From positions 1 to 64,000 of the forward strand of contig NKIB01006075.1 in the NCBI GenBank assembly GCA_002256025.1: 64,000 nt of DNA, read 5' to 3'. This document shows positions 1 through 13,558 of this stretch, piece by piece (within the stretch, counting starts at the first letter, position 1; every line of letters starts with the position of its first letter). The notes beneath the pieces were generated by a model that saw only the letters and a list, made by a program, of their open reading frames with translations, made no database searches and was not told the origin of the DNA. A program made the translations under genes and the position numbers. This stretch comes from Asterionella formosa (taxonomy: Eukaryota).

Positions 1-92
1 TAGTCTTTGATCAAAGGAATCACAGGAACCCTTGAATACATTGCCATGTTTGTTGTCTTCTAATTCGACTCTTTTTGAATTCAAAGTGAAGT

Positions 93-284
93 ATCTAACT
101 AGAAGTAGTAGTATTTGTTGAATATATGAGCTTATTAATTAATCCTTATGTATAACTCATTTCCTGAACTGACATCAAAGTATAGAATGGGTGTTAGTCG
201 AGTTCTCTCATTATTGAATTCCGATATATTTGACATAACCCCAACTCTATATATATCTGTATCGATGTGCAGGATTGCTCAGCA
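93..284. mobile_element. Interspersed repeat, probable LTR 3' part (copy A)
   Basis: Aligns by eye with 39290-39493. Both begin ATCTAACTAGAAGTAGTA-TATTTGTTGAATAT and end GAT(T/C)GCTCA(G/C)CA; the CA end is typical of an LTR. LTR identity is inference. Confidence 0.55.
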
Positions 285-767
285 TGTACCTGGACTACCT
301 GGTGCTCCGAACCTTGTGGTCACAATGCATCCTTGCATGATATCATTAAATGTGAATGAAAAGCGATGAAGGGACAATCTCTGTGCAATATTCGACGGAC
401 TCCAGATGGCAGGACAGACAGTGATTTTGTTAAATGAATTTTTCGAGAAGGTCGATGGCATCTGATGTCGGAACCACCAGAGTTCTGATTTTGTTATTAT
501 TTCATTAATTAATGTGCCAGCTATGGTTTCGGAAGGGTGTTGATATATAACCCCTATTCCTCCTTGTCAGGAGAGTGACCAACAAGTTTTCGGATTACGG
601 GTAAGAAAGGTTGCATACCTACCCGGTATTCTGGTTCCCCAAGAGTGACGAGTGACTCGAAATCGCCTGATGCTGCTCTTGTTTTCCTCTGCAATGGTAA
701 CCAAGTCCCTGGTCCCTGTAAGTATCTGTAACCTGTACCTGGTACCGGTAAACCAGGTTTTTCGGTA

Positions 768-862
768 CAACAAGTTGCGGTCATTTTGCTTAAACTAACA
801 TTTTAATTTGGGACAAAGATAGCTAAATCTTTAGTTTCAGCAAAATTGCCGCAACTTGCAGG
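768..862. mobile_element. 95-bp MITE, copy 1
   Basis: Terminal inverted repeats CAAGTTGCGGTCATTTTGCT ... AGCAAAATTGCCGCAACTTGCAGG, flanked by TA on both sides. Confidence 0.85.
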
Positions 863-1409
863 TACCAGATTCTCTCTCCTTCTTGCTTAGATACGAGAAG
901 AAGTCAAGGCCCACCACCACTACCACCGGCATCTAGTTTTTTGCTCATTTTATACTACGCAAGAAACCGTTGAATTCAGGTTTACGTGTAAACTGCCCTA
1001 AGTGACACTCACCGACAATTTATTTTTGTATGATTTGTGTTCGGGGGGGGGCATATCTTTTTCTCATGACTAGATGGTAGCCTATTTCTGAAAGGGTACA
1101 GGAATGTACTGAGGCAATGACGAATAACGATTAGGGAATACATGTGCAATGAAATGACTGTTGCTTTTGAGCATGTTTACGACCAAGTTCACTTGCGACT
1201 TGGAGCATCTATTCGCTATCCCGTAATAATAACACCGGTGTGAAGGACTACTAACACATCCACCGGTACTAAAAGTTGATCGACTGTCCGTTCTTGGATG
1301 AAACTCCTCGTACATAATGTTGGTTTCTGCCCTGTTGTGAGAAATTTGTCCGACGAATGGGAACTACATTTAAATTAAAAAAATTATTTTGGAAACAAAA
1401 ACTTCTCCA

Positions 1410-2258
1410 ATGGACAACGAGGAAAACATGCATCACGATAGTCTTTCATTGCAACGCCGCCTCCTTCGACTGCGCCAGCAGCAAATAGAAAATGAGAATG
1501 CTGCGGAACGAGTTTGGCGTTTGCAAGAAGCGACAAGGCGAAGCATGCAGCAGCAAGAACCGACTCCTAGCGCTGTTTTGCTCGCTCAACATCAAGCATT
1601 GTTGGCTCAGTCGAGAACGACAAGTGCTGTCGCTCTATTGACTCGACAGCAACTCCAAGCCAGCGAGACTCGATTTGAAGATATGGAATTGGCCCTGAGG
1701 TTGTCTGAAGCCCATTTGGCACGCCGAAATGCCGTTGGAACGAATTTGTTCTCCCAACCCCCACATCCATACCGGACTGACCCGTCCCAACTAGAGGGAG
1801 CAACATCCGTCTTTCTACCGCGCTTGAATTCTCTTCACCTTCTACATTCTACGGTAACAGGTAGATTTCAGTCTCCTACCCGTGTGAGCAGCAAGCGTAC
1901 TCGGCCTCACGAGGATTTGCTTGCAAGGACCAAGCAAAATATGGTGCGCAAAGATTTCTCGAGAATGTCAGAGCCGAAAGCCAAATCGAGCAAGACGAAA
2001 TGGAAGCTTAATGATTCGTTCCCTCTGCCGCCACTTTCTGAGGAAGGACGGAGACCAACGTGCTCAAAGCTTGAAAGTTATGCAGAGTTATGGAAGAAAC
2101 TGAAGGCAAACAAAGAGCTCTTTCTACGACATGTTCAGCGAGCGAGAATACCTATACTCAGGGATACGTCAATTATGAGCCAATACAGTCGAGGCCATAC
2201 TACCGCAGTGGAGGATAAGATGAAGGAATCCGCCAGCGAGCGCGAGAAGAGTAAATAA
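1410..2258 (+). CDS. Hypothetical protein (Q/R-rich N-terminus, C-terminal SFPLPPL...LESY..LW motif)
   Basis: Open frame of 283 codons from the first ATG (1410) to the stop; no recognisable domain. Confidence 0.7.
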   Translation: MDNEENMHHDSLSLQRRLLRLRQQQIENENAAERVWRLQEATRRSMQQQEPTPSAVLLAQHQALLAQSRTTSAVALLTRQQLQASETRFEDMELALRLSEAHLARRNAVGTNLFSQPPHPYRTDPSQLEGATSVFLPRLNSLHLLHSTVTGRFQSPTRVSSKRTRPHEDLLARTKQNMVRKDFSRMSEPKAKSSKTKWKLNDSFPLPPLSEEGRRPTCSKLESYAELWKKLKANKELFLRHVQRARIPILRDTSIMSQYSRGHTTAVEDKMKESASEREKSK

Positions 2259-2745
2259 TGTAGGTGTAACTCTTCATTATTACTCTTTCATTCTCACTTT
2301 ATAGATTTGGGTTTTGCTTTGTTATATGGTCAATCGCATTTCCTATCTGAAAGGGAAACCGGTCAATGCGAACTATGTGCCGGTTCGACATCATTCTGGC
2401 ATCCTTCCACATGCCTACGCCTATCATCTGATGCTATACGAAGAGACCCAACTGCAACTGAATACCTTAACTTTAAATAGGTTATCAAAGTTAAAACAAA
2501 ATAGGTATATCAAATAAAATTTGCGCCAATAAATCCCTACACTGCGGGATATCTGCAAAATAACCAACTTGACTGTTAACGTCATTCTTACTTATCCTTC
2601 AAAATCATTTCGAAAGGAGCCACATTGGGGTAAAACCTTTCGGCATGGGTGCTCTATAGCAACATTATTACAAAAAATTCACACATCTAAGACGATTCAT
2701 CATTGCCATCTCAGTTTCATTCTAGCATCAACAGTAAGTACTCAT

Positions 2746-3144
2746 TTACCGTACTCTCGCGAAGAAACTTTTCTTTTGCTTGTCTTGCATTTTCTCTTTC
2801 AACTGTTTCGCCAAGGAAGCATAGGTGGCAGCGCTTTCATTTAGCTTGTTAGCCTTTTCTCCGAGATCGTCGATCTTTTGACCTCGCTGTTGCAGCAGCT
2901 GTACTGGGGTATCCGATTTCTTCATCCTTGTTTCATTGGAATGGCTGCTGGGTTGCATGTGCCCAGGTGCAGCGTCTCTTGCGTCATCGCGGCCATCGTG
3001 CTCCCAGAAAGGGATGAAAAGAAAAGGATTCTCTAGGGCTGCTGACTCATCATCGTCCGCTAGTCGACACATTTCGTCTGTCAAGAATGACAAGGAACAG
3101 TCAAAGAGGGATGGCCATTCGTTGGAGTCGTTGTCCGGTGCCAT
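2746..3144 (-). CDS. Small soluble protein with C-terminal R-SNARE (synaptobrevin/tomosyn-like) coiled coil
   Basis: LLQQRGQKIDDLGEKANKLNESAATYASLAKQL matches the R-SNARE RG-x-K-(I/L)-xxL pattern; no transmembrane anchor. Confidence 0.75.
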   Translation of the reverse strand: MAPDNDSNEWPSLFDCSLSFLTDEMCRLADDDESAALENPFLFIPFWEHDGRDDARDAAPGHMQPSSHSNETRMKKSDTPVQLLQQRGQKIDDLGEKANKLNESAATYASLAKQLKEKMQDKQKKSFFARVR

Positions 3145-4616
3145 GTTTCGTTTCTTGTGTCTGCCAACTTTGGATGGGAGGGCGGCTACCGGTAATGCAA
3201 TACAATTATTTTAACAATTATATTAGATGAATGGATGTGCACTCACGAAAAGTCAGTCAACGTAATATACTCCATTGAGCCGTGATTTGCATCAACTAAC
3301 ACGACAGCAATACTCATCAGTCTTTACCATCAATTTAATGATTTAGGTTGCTGCACGACAGCTTTTACCGGGGGTCGTATCTGGAAGGAGTACCACATGA
3401 TTGTGAATTTTACCGGTTCCAGTACATAGGACACTCTGATTGGTGATGATTGCCTTCAACGGTGCGTAACGGAACAACCAGCAGATCACCAGCGATAACG
3501 TAAAAGTCATACCAGGCAAGTGCGCGCGTGCCAAAATGTCATAATACGCACTACTGTACAAGTAGCTAATGCATAAGCAGGGCTAAAATCCATCATGTCC
3601 TCGGGTATTCTTTATTCTATTTTTATAGCTACTATTCGGTAATTCCTTTGTACATAGTATTTATTTTTTTCCTCTGGCTTGCACTACGCAAACATTTATG
3701 TATTACTGTAGGCTAGCTACCGTGCCGTACATATAATGTCCATGATCAGAAAACAACTTGTTGCCTTGCCACACAGCCAGTATGAAAGAGCTAGTCTTCT
3801 TTTGGGTTTATCACCTACCAGACCAGGAGTATAGGTATATAAATCTACTGGTCCTTGCTTTTTCGATAAAGAAATAGATAAACAAGCAATGTCACCCAAA
3901 TGCAGTATCATACTCCTTAGGTACTAGTCTAGTCCATTGGGTTCCCAATTCAATCAAGTCCCATGACTTGCTTTGCTTGTTGAATAATAATCACATCCTC
4001 ATTCAACACATCAATGAGTGAATCATGTATGAAGTACTGAATCACAGGTGCTTATATGTGCATTGTCAACAAAACTTGCTATGCTATTTTGTTGTATGTC
4101 ACCTTGAGGAAATCATTGTTCAAATAATAAATGTACTACTTCAATACAACAATTGAAGTAACCTACCTGGTATAATGGAAGTAACTACAACAATTGCACA
4201 ACAACCATGGAGTGGTAGGGGCAGAGCAAAGCAAATCATTGCAGATTCAATAATATTTGTCCATTGCCACATTTAGTACTTTGTCCAACTGATCTGCTTT
4301 TCATGTTCGATGCTCTTGCACTTGTTCATGGCGACTGTAGCGTGCCCCCTGAGGGACTTTTTACAAACTATGTAGGTTGTAGTACTAGCAAGAGATCTGG
4401 TCACAAGAGTATACTGACTGCTCAGAACCTTGTCCATGAATCATGGCTGGGGTACAATCAATCACCAAAAAACTGCCCAAAACAAATCATTGTCACCCAG
4501 CAAGGCGGGAATATAACAAGAAAAGGAAATGAATAGCAAATTTTACTGAAATTTATTGTTTGTTATGATAGTAGTACTATAGATCCAGCCCAATCACAAA
4601 ATTATAAAAGCTGACT

Positions 4617-6222
4617 CTAATGGCCACCACTTCCTTTCAATGCCATGTTAGTTCCAATGATTCCCATGACTACACCCAAGGCAGCAATAAGCTTGGTCAA
4701 TGCTGTTTCCTTTCCACTCTTTTTGCCTTGTGATTTCAAAAACATGATACATGGGTAGACAAATACCAATGCTGTTCCAAAGGTAGCTCCACCAACGCTT
4801 GCCACCATCCCCAAATCAGTAAGCCTGGAAGCCATGAATGTTACAATTGCTAAAAGTGCATATGTAACATTATTGAGAACAGCATTCCCACGCTCTTTGA
4901 TTTTGAATAAATCCAAAATACCATCACGGGTTCCAACAAAGACAAGGGGGTAGCTAGTGAAAGAAAGGCAAGGTGAGAAATATGTGAAAAAAGGAGCAAG
5001 TGAACAGGGGTAGACATAACATCATCTGTATTTGTACCTGCATGTGATACTAATTGCAACAGCGATTCTGGAGAAAAACATGAGTAAATCACCATTGGAA
5101 TAGTTGTTCAAGATGAATCCATCTGAAGCTGCTCCAAAGGTCAAGAACCCTAATCCAGTAATGAGAGAGTAAAGAAAGACGGACGCTCCAAAGGACCAGC
5201 CAACCACTTGATAGAATCTTGGTAAGGTGTTGTTCTTCAACTCCAAATAGAACTTTGGTGCATTAAAGTGAGCAATGTATGCATTGCTGAGCATGCATGT
5301 CAAAATGAGAGCCTTGGGTGACATGACAGCCGAAGCCCCGGCAGATCCAAAGGATGGAGCCGCAAGCGCTGACGCCACAAAGTTTCCACCAGCTTGGTAG
5401 TTGCCTCCAAGGAATCTGATTCCCATAGCGAGCGTGGTATATAGCATACCGGCTATGCCTACCAAGGAGAATGGTGCAAGACTCGAGAGATTCTTCAACA
5501 TGCAAAGTGGGAACAGAACCGCACCAGTGACACCCAATAGGGCCTGAGTGCGCGAGACGACGACTCCCACTGTTCCCAACAAACTCATCAAGGTGTCTGC
5601 CAAGATCATGCTGTAGGACAAGTTTCCAGCGAAGCAATCGATGAAGCATGAAAATGCAATGACCGGTGAGAACTTGGATCCCACTGTAGCATCCCATGCA
5701 TCTGAATAGGACGAAGTGCCTGTCTGTGCACACAGGCGCCCAATTAACGCAAATGTATAGGCAGAGAGACCTCCCATGACGGCAATCAGGGCAGCAGCGG
5801 GAATCATAGCAGATGGAGCGTTTCCAAAGGCAGCCATGCCTGTTTTCCGATACACGTGGAGGAGGGGGTTGGAAAGGTTTGATGTTGTGTCAGTGCGAGT
5901 CTCCGATTGCGACATTAATGAGGAGCTAACCAGCAGCGAATATCCTTATAACAGTCAGAGCATCGAAATACGCACCTGCCGGTAAACTCAAAACCCCAGC
6001 ACCGACAATTGACTTGACAAGATTGAAGACTTCATTAGGAATTGTGGCAGTGCCTCCTCCTTCTCCGCCTCGAGGAACTTCGGCGACTGCGTCTGTTGTC
6101 ATTTTGAGTTTAACAAGCTTCAGCTCGGAGCCTCCGATCGGGCGAGGCACGGAGAGGGCATCTCCGGCAACCAGCAGAGTGCCTGTGGCAACTACGGCGA
6201 ACAAGACATTCCAGGACTTCAT
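4617..6222 (-). CDS. Amino acid transporter (Aa_trans / SLC38-like), 3 exons: 6222-5976, 5839-5038, 4953-4617
   Basis: Motifs FNLVKSIVGAGVLSLP, AYIAHFNAP and SYPLVF. GT-AG introns at 5975-5840 and 5037-4954 restore the frame. Multiple TM segments and an N-terminal signal-like stretch. Confidence 0.9.
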
Positions 6223-7399
6223 TCTATCGGACTGTGCGCGAGGATTCAAGTGAGTACCGGTACGGTAGATAGAGGAGGGCTGCAGTTGCTTATCAGAGAA
6301 GTGTTCTCGACAACAAAATAATATAACTGTCAGTAGGACATGCAATATTCTTGCTAATCGCAAGCGTTTAGAAGCAAATGCAAAGTTTCAGGCACACAGC
6401 ATCGTATCATGGGATGCAGCATCAGCATGCGCCAAATAGTATCCAATCAACGACACTCACTGGCTGACTTCTCCTCGCCATCAATGATACCGAATAGAAG
6501 TAACGGTAACAGGTTTGCCGGTACTACCACCAAGTACCGGGGGAACATAGTACCAGGTACCAGGTACCTGGTACTTGGTACTGGTACTTGGGATGCATCA
6601 GCCCAACTTTGACTGAGTCTGGTGATAAATGGGAAAACTTGATCATTGAAATTTCAAGCTGCTGTTGTTCTCATTAATTTACTTATAATTGTGATATCCA
6701 TTTATTTGCCTTGGTTTCAGGCCAGCGAGATAGCAACCAATTTTCCTCGACGGGTGGTTCTTACCTCTGCAGAAACATAAGGTTGAATCTGGGGCCAGCA
6801 AATACTCATTTTTGCTTTCCTACTTTTTTCATTGGAAGAATTGCCAATTACCAAGTCAATGACACTGGAACGCATTGACCATTGTTTCGCAGCTGTACAT
6901 GTACATAAATAGTAGTTTTTGACTTTTGCTGTTGAATGGATTGGGTACTACTCTTGTGTTCTTGACAAGCAAGTGAACTAGCTAGTCTACTAGTAGTAAT
7001 AGGAACAAGGACTCTTTCTCTTCAACGTCACTCTTCAACGACTTGAAAATTCAATACAAATGATATGATGTAGGCCAATGCTAAAAAAGAACCAGCAAGA
7101 TGGAAACATGAACAAATAGTCATTTTGTTCCTGTTTAGCCTGTTTTCCTTCTGGGTAAAACTTCTTCTTTGGATTTCACCAATATTTTAGTTGAGCCATT
7201 CTACAAAATCCTATAATATTTTATTTTGCTCCTTGCTTGTTTTGGAAAAATTGGCCACTGAGATTCCCCTCAAACACAATGAACCACAAAAAATCACAAG
7301 TAATGCTAAATCAATCAATTGATTGACAATGGTTGTGCTTTTGGTAGTGTCGGTGACCTCATAGACAGGGTAAATGATAGCAAAATATAATAATTCAAT

Positions 7400-8359
7400 A
7401 ATAATTACTATAATAAGTTTTGGGGCACTTTTCCCATAATCTGATGGATCTGTAGGCCATGTGCTTGACAATTTGCATGCAATGGTATTCCTATTTTTGA
7501 TCTCCAGACAATCCATCTGCAAATCGCAATTTGCCACTGATGCATTGCTACAGCTGTCACTCGAACTACTAGTTTGATGCTAGCTTCCTTTGTCCCTGCT
7601 GACCTGGTGATTGTAGCATTGCATGAAATTGTCGCCAATTGGCTCCTTGCCTGGTTGCCAATGTCCCCCGCCTTGAAGATTATTTCCTTGACTTCCAAGA
7701 CCACAGCCAGTATACTTGCAAATCATCCCATTCATCAGATCATCGTTAGCGCTGCTTCGGACCATGAGTACAAGAAGGAGCAAATGAAAGTGGACAACTG
7801 AGTGAGATTCTCGTGGACAAAGATTGAGAGATGCACGATTTCCCGTCTGTTTCTTGCTTGTCACTAACTGTTGGAAGGTTTCACTGCTGTTTCTATGATG
7901 GAAAAAGTGCAATTCTCTTGCTCCACTGCAAGCCGCCATATAAACCCTTCAATCAATTTTTGTGATGCATACTGGTGTAAGACACCATTAATGCAAACAA
8001 GATGACAACATGATGCTAACCAGAATGATGATCCATGTGAGGTGTAATGGTACAACTGTATTGATGGTGTATTGCACAGTGTACTAGCTTTACCATGTGT
8101 TGTTCTCAGAGGGAGAAGAAAATCTACAAAAGTTTCTACATAAGAACATCTGAGTGATGAATTTCTGAAATTATGAAATTGCCGCGCCTTGTTGTGATAT
8201 TCGACTTGTCCATCTCTTGGAGAATCTTGGCAGCATTCCATATGAGAAAGCATAAATTTGTTCAGTCTGGGATGCTGCCAAGATTTGCCAAGAGATGAAG
8301 AAGTTGAAAATTGAAACAACAGCAATCAACCCCATTTCGCATGTCTCGATTGGCATCAT
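7400..8359 (-). pseudogene. Possible decayed gene for a signal-anchored protein
   Basis: Overlapping minus-strand ORF fragments with an N-terminal hydrophobic stretch (LIAVVSIFNFFISWQILAA) and many stops; family not recognised. Confidence 0.25.
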
Positions 8360-9043
8360 GAAACAATATTAATGTAGCAATTAAAACACAGTACTACTAA
8401 TTATGATTTTTTTCTACAATGATTTTCAATTGCCAGTATCAGCTTTTCACTCCTCCTGGTTAGGGAACGGTACGTCGTACCAGGTACCGGCATGCGGTAC
8501 CGGTATCTCTTGGTTGTACTGAGTCCAGCGCTTCCTGGCTGCAGTTCGTCAGAAAAAGGGCGATGGTCGTTCTGCCATCGCTCATGCAGAATTTGCTTTT
8601 TGGCCCACCAGACATGTGTCGCGACGACCCGACAGAAAAGATGTACGAACGGTAACGGGACAGCCAGGTGAACTACCTGGTACCTGGTACCAGGTACCAG
8701 GTTCACCTGGGTACCCCTCCCGTGGTTACAGAATTCATCTACATTCTATGTAAATAATGATTGATAGTCACATGAGGATAACAATAATCGCCAAACGGTC
8801 GCATTGCTACATATATAGCATAGCAAAGATAGTAGTAGAATTTGATTTATTCTATTCGCCTTCTCTTGGCAGTCGATATTACTATTATTATATACGGAAT
8901 CCCTCAATGCAGTGGGGGAGTTTATTTTTTCAATGTTTATTCACCTTTTCAGCTGATCCATCTCTTCGCCATTTTACTCGTATATATCGCTGTGTAGTTT
9001 CACACATACACACAATACGAACCAGCAGCAGAAAAGCACAACA

Positions 9044-9688
9044 ATGGCGGCCATTATTTGCGAGTCCGTCGGGAAGCTATGTAGCGCCATGGGAGAAGTC
9101 TTGTGTTTGCCATGCAAGGCTTGTGGTTTTGGTAAAGACCTTCTATGTGATGTAATGTCAAGTCCTTTCTTTCCTTACATTGGAATGACAATTGCATTGA
9201 ATGCTGCTCCTGCCATTATGGGAATGAAAACTTTCGCTGATTTGGGAGGAGGAACTTGCTCTGAAGCTATTCAGTGGCTCATTGTAAATGGTTTTTTATG
9301 CTTGTTGCACATTGTTGCATCCTTTTACATTGTTCACAAGATTATGGCAGATCGCAAGAATCATGACCTGGATTCAGCGACGCAAGACTTGGCCAATGCC
9401 GATCATCTCGAGGCTCAGAACATGAGGGACGTTTCCGAACACAGTTCTTGGGCTCGTATCAAGCATGTACTTTGCTATGATTGTGGTGTGGCGCTATACA
9501 TTATCATGATTGTCGTTTGGATGTGCTGGATGGCGACTGGCGTTTCTCGCTATTTGAATGTGGATCAGGGGACGTGTAGTGACATTGCCTCGCGCCTCTT
9601 GACAAGTATGATTTGTGGGTATTTCTTCATGTCGCTTGGTGCATTTGCCTTTATGTGCAGTCTTTGCTGCCTTCAGCCCTGGAATTGA
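9044..9688 (+). CDS. Cys-rich membrane protein, about 4 TM helices, unknown function
   Basis: 214-aa ORF with ATG in an ACAACAATGG context, four hydrophobic segments and Cys-rich ends. Confidence 0.8.
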   Translation: MAAIICESVGKLCSAMGEVLCLPCKACGFGKDLLCDVMSSPFFPYIGMTIALNAAPAIMGMKTFADLGGGTCSEAIQWLIVNGFLCLLHIVASFYIVHKIMADRKNHDLDSATQDLANADHLEAQNMRDVSEHSSWARIKHVLCYDCGVALYIIMIVVWMCWMATGVSRYLNVDQGTCSDIASRLLTSMICGYFFMSLGAFAFMCSLCCLQPWN

Positions 9689-10431
9689 AAGTGGCATATG
9701 TATACTTCTTGATAATAGTAGACTATAGCTGATGTGTAGAGTGTCTTTTGTTGTTTTCTGACTGACATTGGATCAGTCCATATTACCAGTACTACATTAT
9801 ATGTACATATAAGCTACTACTACATGTAGAATATAATCTTGTTATTGTTTCTCATCAAGACATTGTTTGAGAAGGGGGAGTGATGTGCAACACTAATTGC
9901 TGTTGGATGTTGTCTGAGAAAGCATTCCCAAATTCAGCAGATTTGATATTAGTGGTGGAAACTTCATGTGTGATCATTGTGGAGAGTTGAGGGAGATCAT
10001 CATCATGGAGAGAGAGAGAGTTTAATGGCGGTTTTGATAGAGGCACATAGGGCAGAGAGGGATGAAAATTGAGAATACTGATCAAAGCGGGATTCCATCA
10101 CCGTTGTAAGAACAATTATGGGAAATAGGGTTGGGTAGGGCTTGCATGTCAGTGGGACTGTAGGGTGTGAAGTCGAGAAGGTGGGAGAGGGTCATATTGG
10201 AGTGAGAGAGAAGGTTGGCAAGGGTTTGGGTGCAGTGATGGTGATCTGGTTCCAACCATGTGGATTTGATAGAAGGGTGTAGAAAACTAAGTCGTATGCA
10301 ATGCCAGGGGCAACAGGAAAGACATTGGACAAAACTGATGGTGATGTCATTATGGAAGCAGGATGTCGAAAATTGGGGGCAAGTTACTATAGTCTACAAA
10401 GAAGGAGTCTCTGGACTGTGCAAATGCGGTT

Positions 10432-10600
10432 TGGGAATTATCGGCTTATTTGAGTTTCCTAGTTGAAGAACAATGGCATGCAGTGGCACAAGTCATTGGT
10501 TACCTATCCAATATGCAGGATAGAGTTCTCAAGTTGCATAAGCCAAAAGAGTTAAGAGTCATTGCCTAGCTATGTGGACAGTGACTGGGCTGCTAATAAG
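10432..10600 (+). mobile_element. Ty1/copia RT-RNase H junction remnant
   Basis: Translates to QWHAVAQVIGYL...YVDSDWAA, the Copia RNase H start motif. Confidence 0.65.
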
Positions 10601-10609
10601 GTTAACAGG

Positions 10610-11165
10610 TTACTGCTGAAGAGTAGGAAAGAGAGTTTCGATGAACAACTCAAGGTCACTAACATGGGAGTAATGGGTACAAAAGAGGAGGGCAGATGAA
10701 TCTTCGGGATCGGTTTTAATGCTGCATAGAAGATATTGCGTGCTGGGTAATGGTTCTGAATAGCTGAGAAGAGCTCCTCCTAGAGTTTTATGGTTATAAG
10801 GGATAAGATGTTTGATAGGGGAAGGCATGTGATGCTGACGGACTCTTCATTTCCCTGGAAGTCATGTTGTTCCTGTAGTTTTTGGGCATATGATTGAACA
10901 GAAAGACCAAGCAAGGAACTGGGGGGAGAGTAGTAACAAGATCAGCAAGGTGCACTGAAATGGGTATTTGGTAGGAAACTGTGACTGCTTGGTAGGTAAG
11001 AAATTTCTTGAAGGAGTTGGCAAACACTGGATTGATAGGTGGCAAGGTGCGAATAACAAAAGCATGCGCAGATATTGACAGGTAATGGCCCAGGCCTCCT
11101 ACTTGCTGCCAAAGACAGATAAAGGGAATTTCAATAGCTAATTCAGTGTTTGCAAGAGCAGTCAA
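10610..11165 (-). mobile_element. Degenerate coding fragment, possibly the N-terminal ORF of a retroelement
   Basis: Two frameshifted ORFs read as one protein-like sequence and abut the Copia remnant; family assignment is inference only. Confidence 0.3.
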
Positions 11166-11996
11166 TTTGGTTTCGATTGCAACACGGTTAATCTTTTTGG
11201 AAGATTTTAATAGCCAGCTGCAGTCAACAGTGATATCCCCCCATGAAACTGGTTGCGCCTGAAAGAATACAATTTTTGCATAAAAGTGTCCGAAAATGCA
11301 TAAATTGTCAGTCAGGAAAATTTGTGACTATTTGTACAATGCGAATTTCCAACTCACGTAAAAAAGCAGCTGTGTATTGTTGAATGCATGTATGTATGTC
11401 TATATAAAAGTGCAAAATGACCTATTCAAGATTCCGTATGAATATGAACTACAACATGAAGTATGTACACGAAAATCGTTCATTGTTGATTGCAACATTG
11501 TCATTCTTTGTGGACCTAAATACTATGCTTGCTATGCAAGCAATGCAGTCACAGAATACTGCAAATGCAATGTCACAGCACAGTGAGCTATATCAATCTC
11601 GAAAGAGATATCTTTATATCGGGAAGAGCCATGGAATCAGTTACTGCACTAGCTGTAATGCAATTGATGAAGAAGAACAAATTCATGATGAGTAGTACAA
11701 GCGCCTTCTCCGAAATCTTGAACAGCATTCTGCTAACCACACTTTCGATGATATACTTTCCCTCATTGCGCAAGCGAGTGAGTCGTTGTTTCATGCATTT
11801 ATTCATGTTTTCATTAACAGGAAATCCTTTCGCCCTTGCCTCAGCAATGTAACATGCTGGTTTCATGTTAAATTTATTCCAGGAAGTAACTAATACAGAC
11901 TGATAGTATTTGTGAAGACATTTTCTTATGCCTTCCTTGACAACATTAACTTGGTGGCCAAGACTTTGTATGCCACCAAATGTGCTAGGCCGGATA

Positions 11997-12065
11997 CCTG
12001 AAAGTTGTGGTAATTTTGCTGAGCTAAGGATTTAGCTGTTAAGCAAAATGACCGCATCTTGTTGT
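11997..12065. mobile_element. MITE copy 2 (internally deleted)
   Basis: TA|CCTGAAAGTTGTGGTAATTTTGCT ... AGCAAAATGACCGCATCTTG. Confidence 0.75.
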
Positions 12066-12713
12066 TGTACCTGTAAGTTGCGGTCATTTTCCTGACACAG
12101 ACAACATGATGCCGGACAGAGACATATTTTATCATATATAAAGAACATATTTTATTGATAGCACAATTCAGCGAAATAAATAGCGGCATTCTTCAAATTG
12201 CAAAAACGAGAACACACTATGACTTTCAGGAAACATAAGGAAATTTCAGGAAATGCATGGAATTTCCTGAAGTCTCCAAAATTAGTTTTTCCTGGCCAAA
12301 GTGAAAAACCGCACACCCTCCGTTCTGGATTTAATGCACCAGGTACCCTACCAGGATCAATTGAAATACCGGTAGTGGTGTAGCTAACTATTATATATAT
12401 TCTTAGTCTGCAGTCTGTATATCGTAAGGCTGGGAGCAATTTGGGGCCACGAGGCAGGTAGACCCCCGTACATAGGCCTACTATTTGCAAAAACCCTGAC
12501 ACTACTGTATAAAATATTATGCACCTAAAAACCCTGTTAAAATCACATTGACCATGTCACTATTATTCTGTTGTTTTACTCAACAATTCTACAACCTCCC
12601 GCACCGCTCGATTTATTAACATATACGCCATGAGAAGCGCCATCAGTAAACGCATCAAGCGGCGCAGGAGCACGTGATTTGGTTCATAGATGACCTAGTA
12701 GTTTGTACTGAGT

Positions 12714-13358
12714 ATGGCAAATATACTCCTATTTGACCAACCAATTCACGTGCAAAAGCTCTTGATCTTGACAGTGGGCTATACAGCTACCGCATTCCTG
12801 ATGACAAGAGTACAAGCAACTCCTGATAAGGACGATTGGACCATGCTAGTTTATGTCATGAAATATCTCAGAGGCACGCGCACACTGCCGCCGATTCTCA
12901 GTACCAACAGAAGCGGCATCTTAAAATGGTGGCTGGATGCATCATTTGCGGCCCATCCTAACATGCAAGGACATTCTGGTGGAGGACAATCTTTAGGAAG
13001 AGGATATCCCATTGTGAGTTCCACCAAGCAAAGGCTCAACACTCACAGTTCTACAGAAACTGAAATTGTGGGTGCTGATGACTTCATGCCGTCAATCTAT
13101 TGGACCTGGTACTTCATGGAAGCTCCAGGTTACCAAGTTCAGGACAATGTTTTGCTCCAAGCCAACAAAAGCGCTATTCTTCTGGAGAAGAATGGAAAGG
13201 GGGAGTCAAGCAGCAAGCGTACAAAGAATATCAATATTTGGTATATCTTCAGTAGCAACCAAGCCTGAAAAGGTGATTTGTCTTTAGTCTGGTGTCCCAC
13301 AGGGGATATGATTGGAGACTTAATGACCAAACCACTGCAAGGCCAAATGGTACTGTAA
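12714..13358 (+). mobile_element. Ty1/copia RT C-terminus and RNase H pseudogene
   Basis: Motifs KYLRGT, WWLDASFAAHPNM, SSTKQRLNTHSSTETE, SSKRTKNINI, then CPTGDMIGDLMTKPLQG after a frameshift. Confidence 0.92.
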
Positions 13359-13558
13359 GCTAGAAACAATGGAGCAATTGGTGCGAATTTTATTGTAGTA
13401 CCAGGTATAGGGGTCAAATGATTATAAACCGGTATAAATTTATCTCTCTATTACTGGTAGAATCAATGTTTGTATTGCCCATAGATGTTGAATGCCATGT
13501 CAGAGCTCAAACTTGCTTTAAAGAAATTACTTGCACACCATGTAAGTCTGTAATAGTA

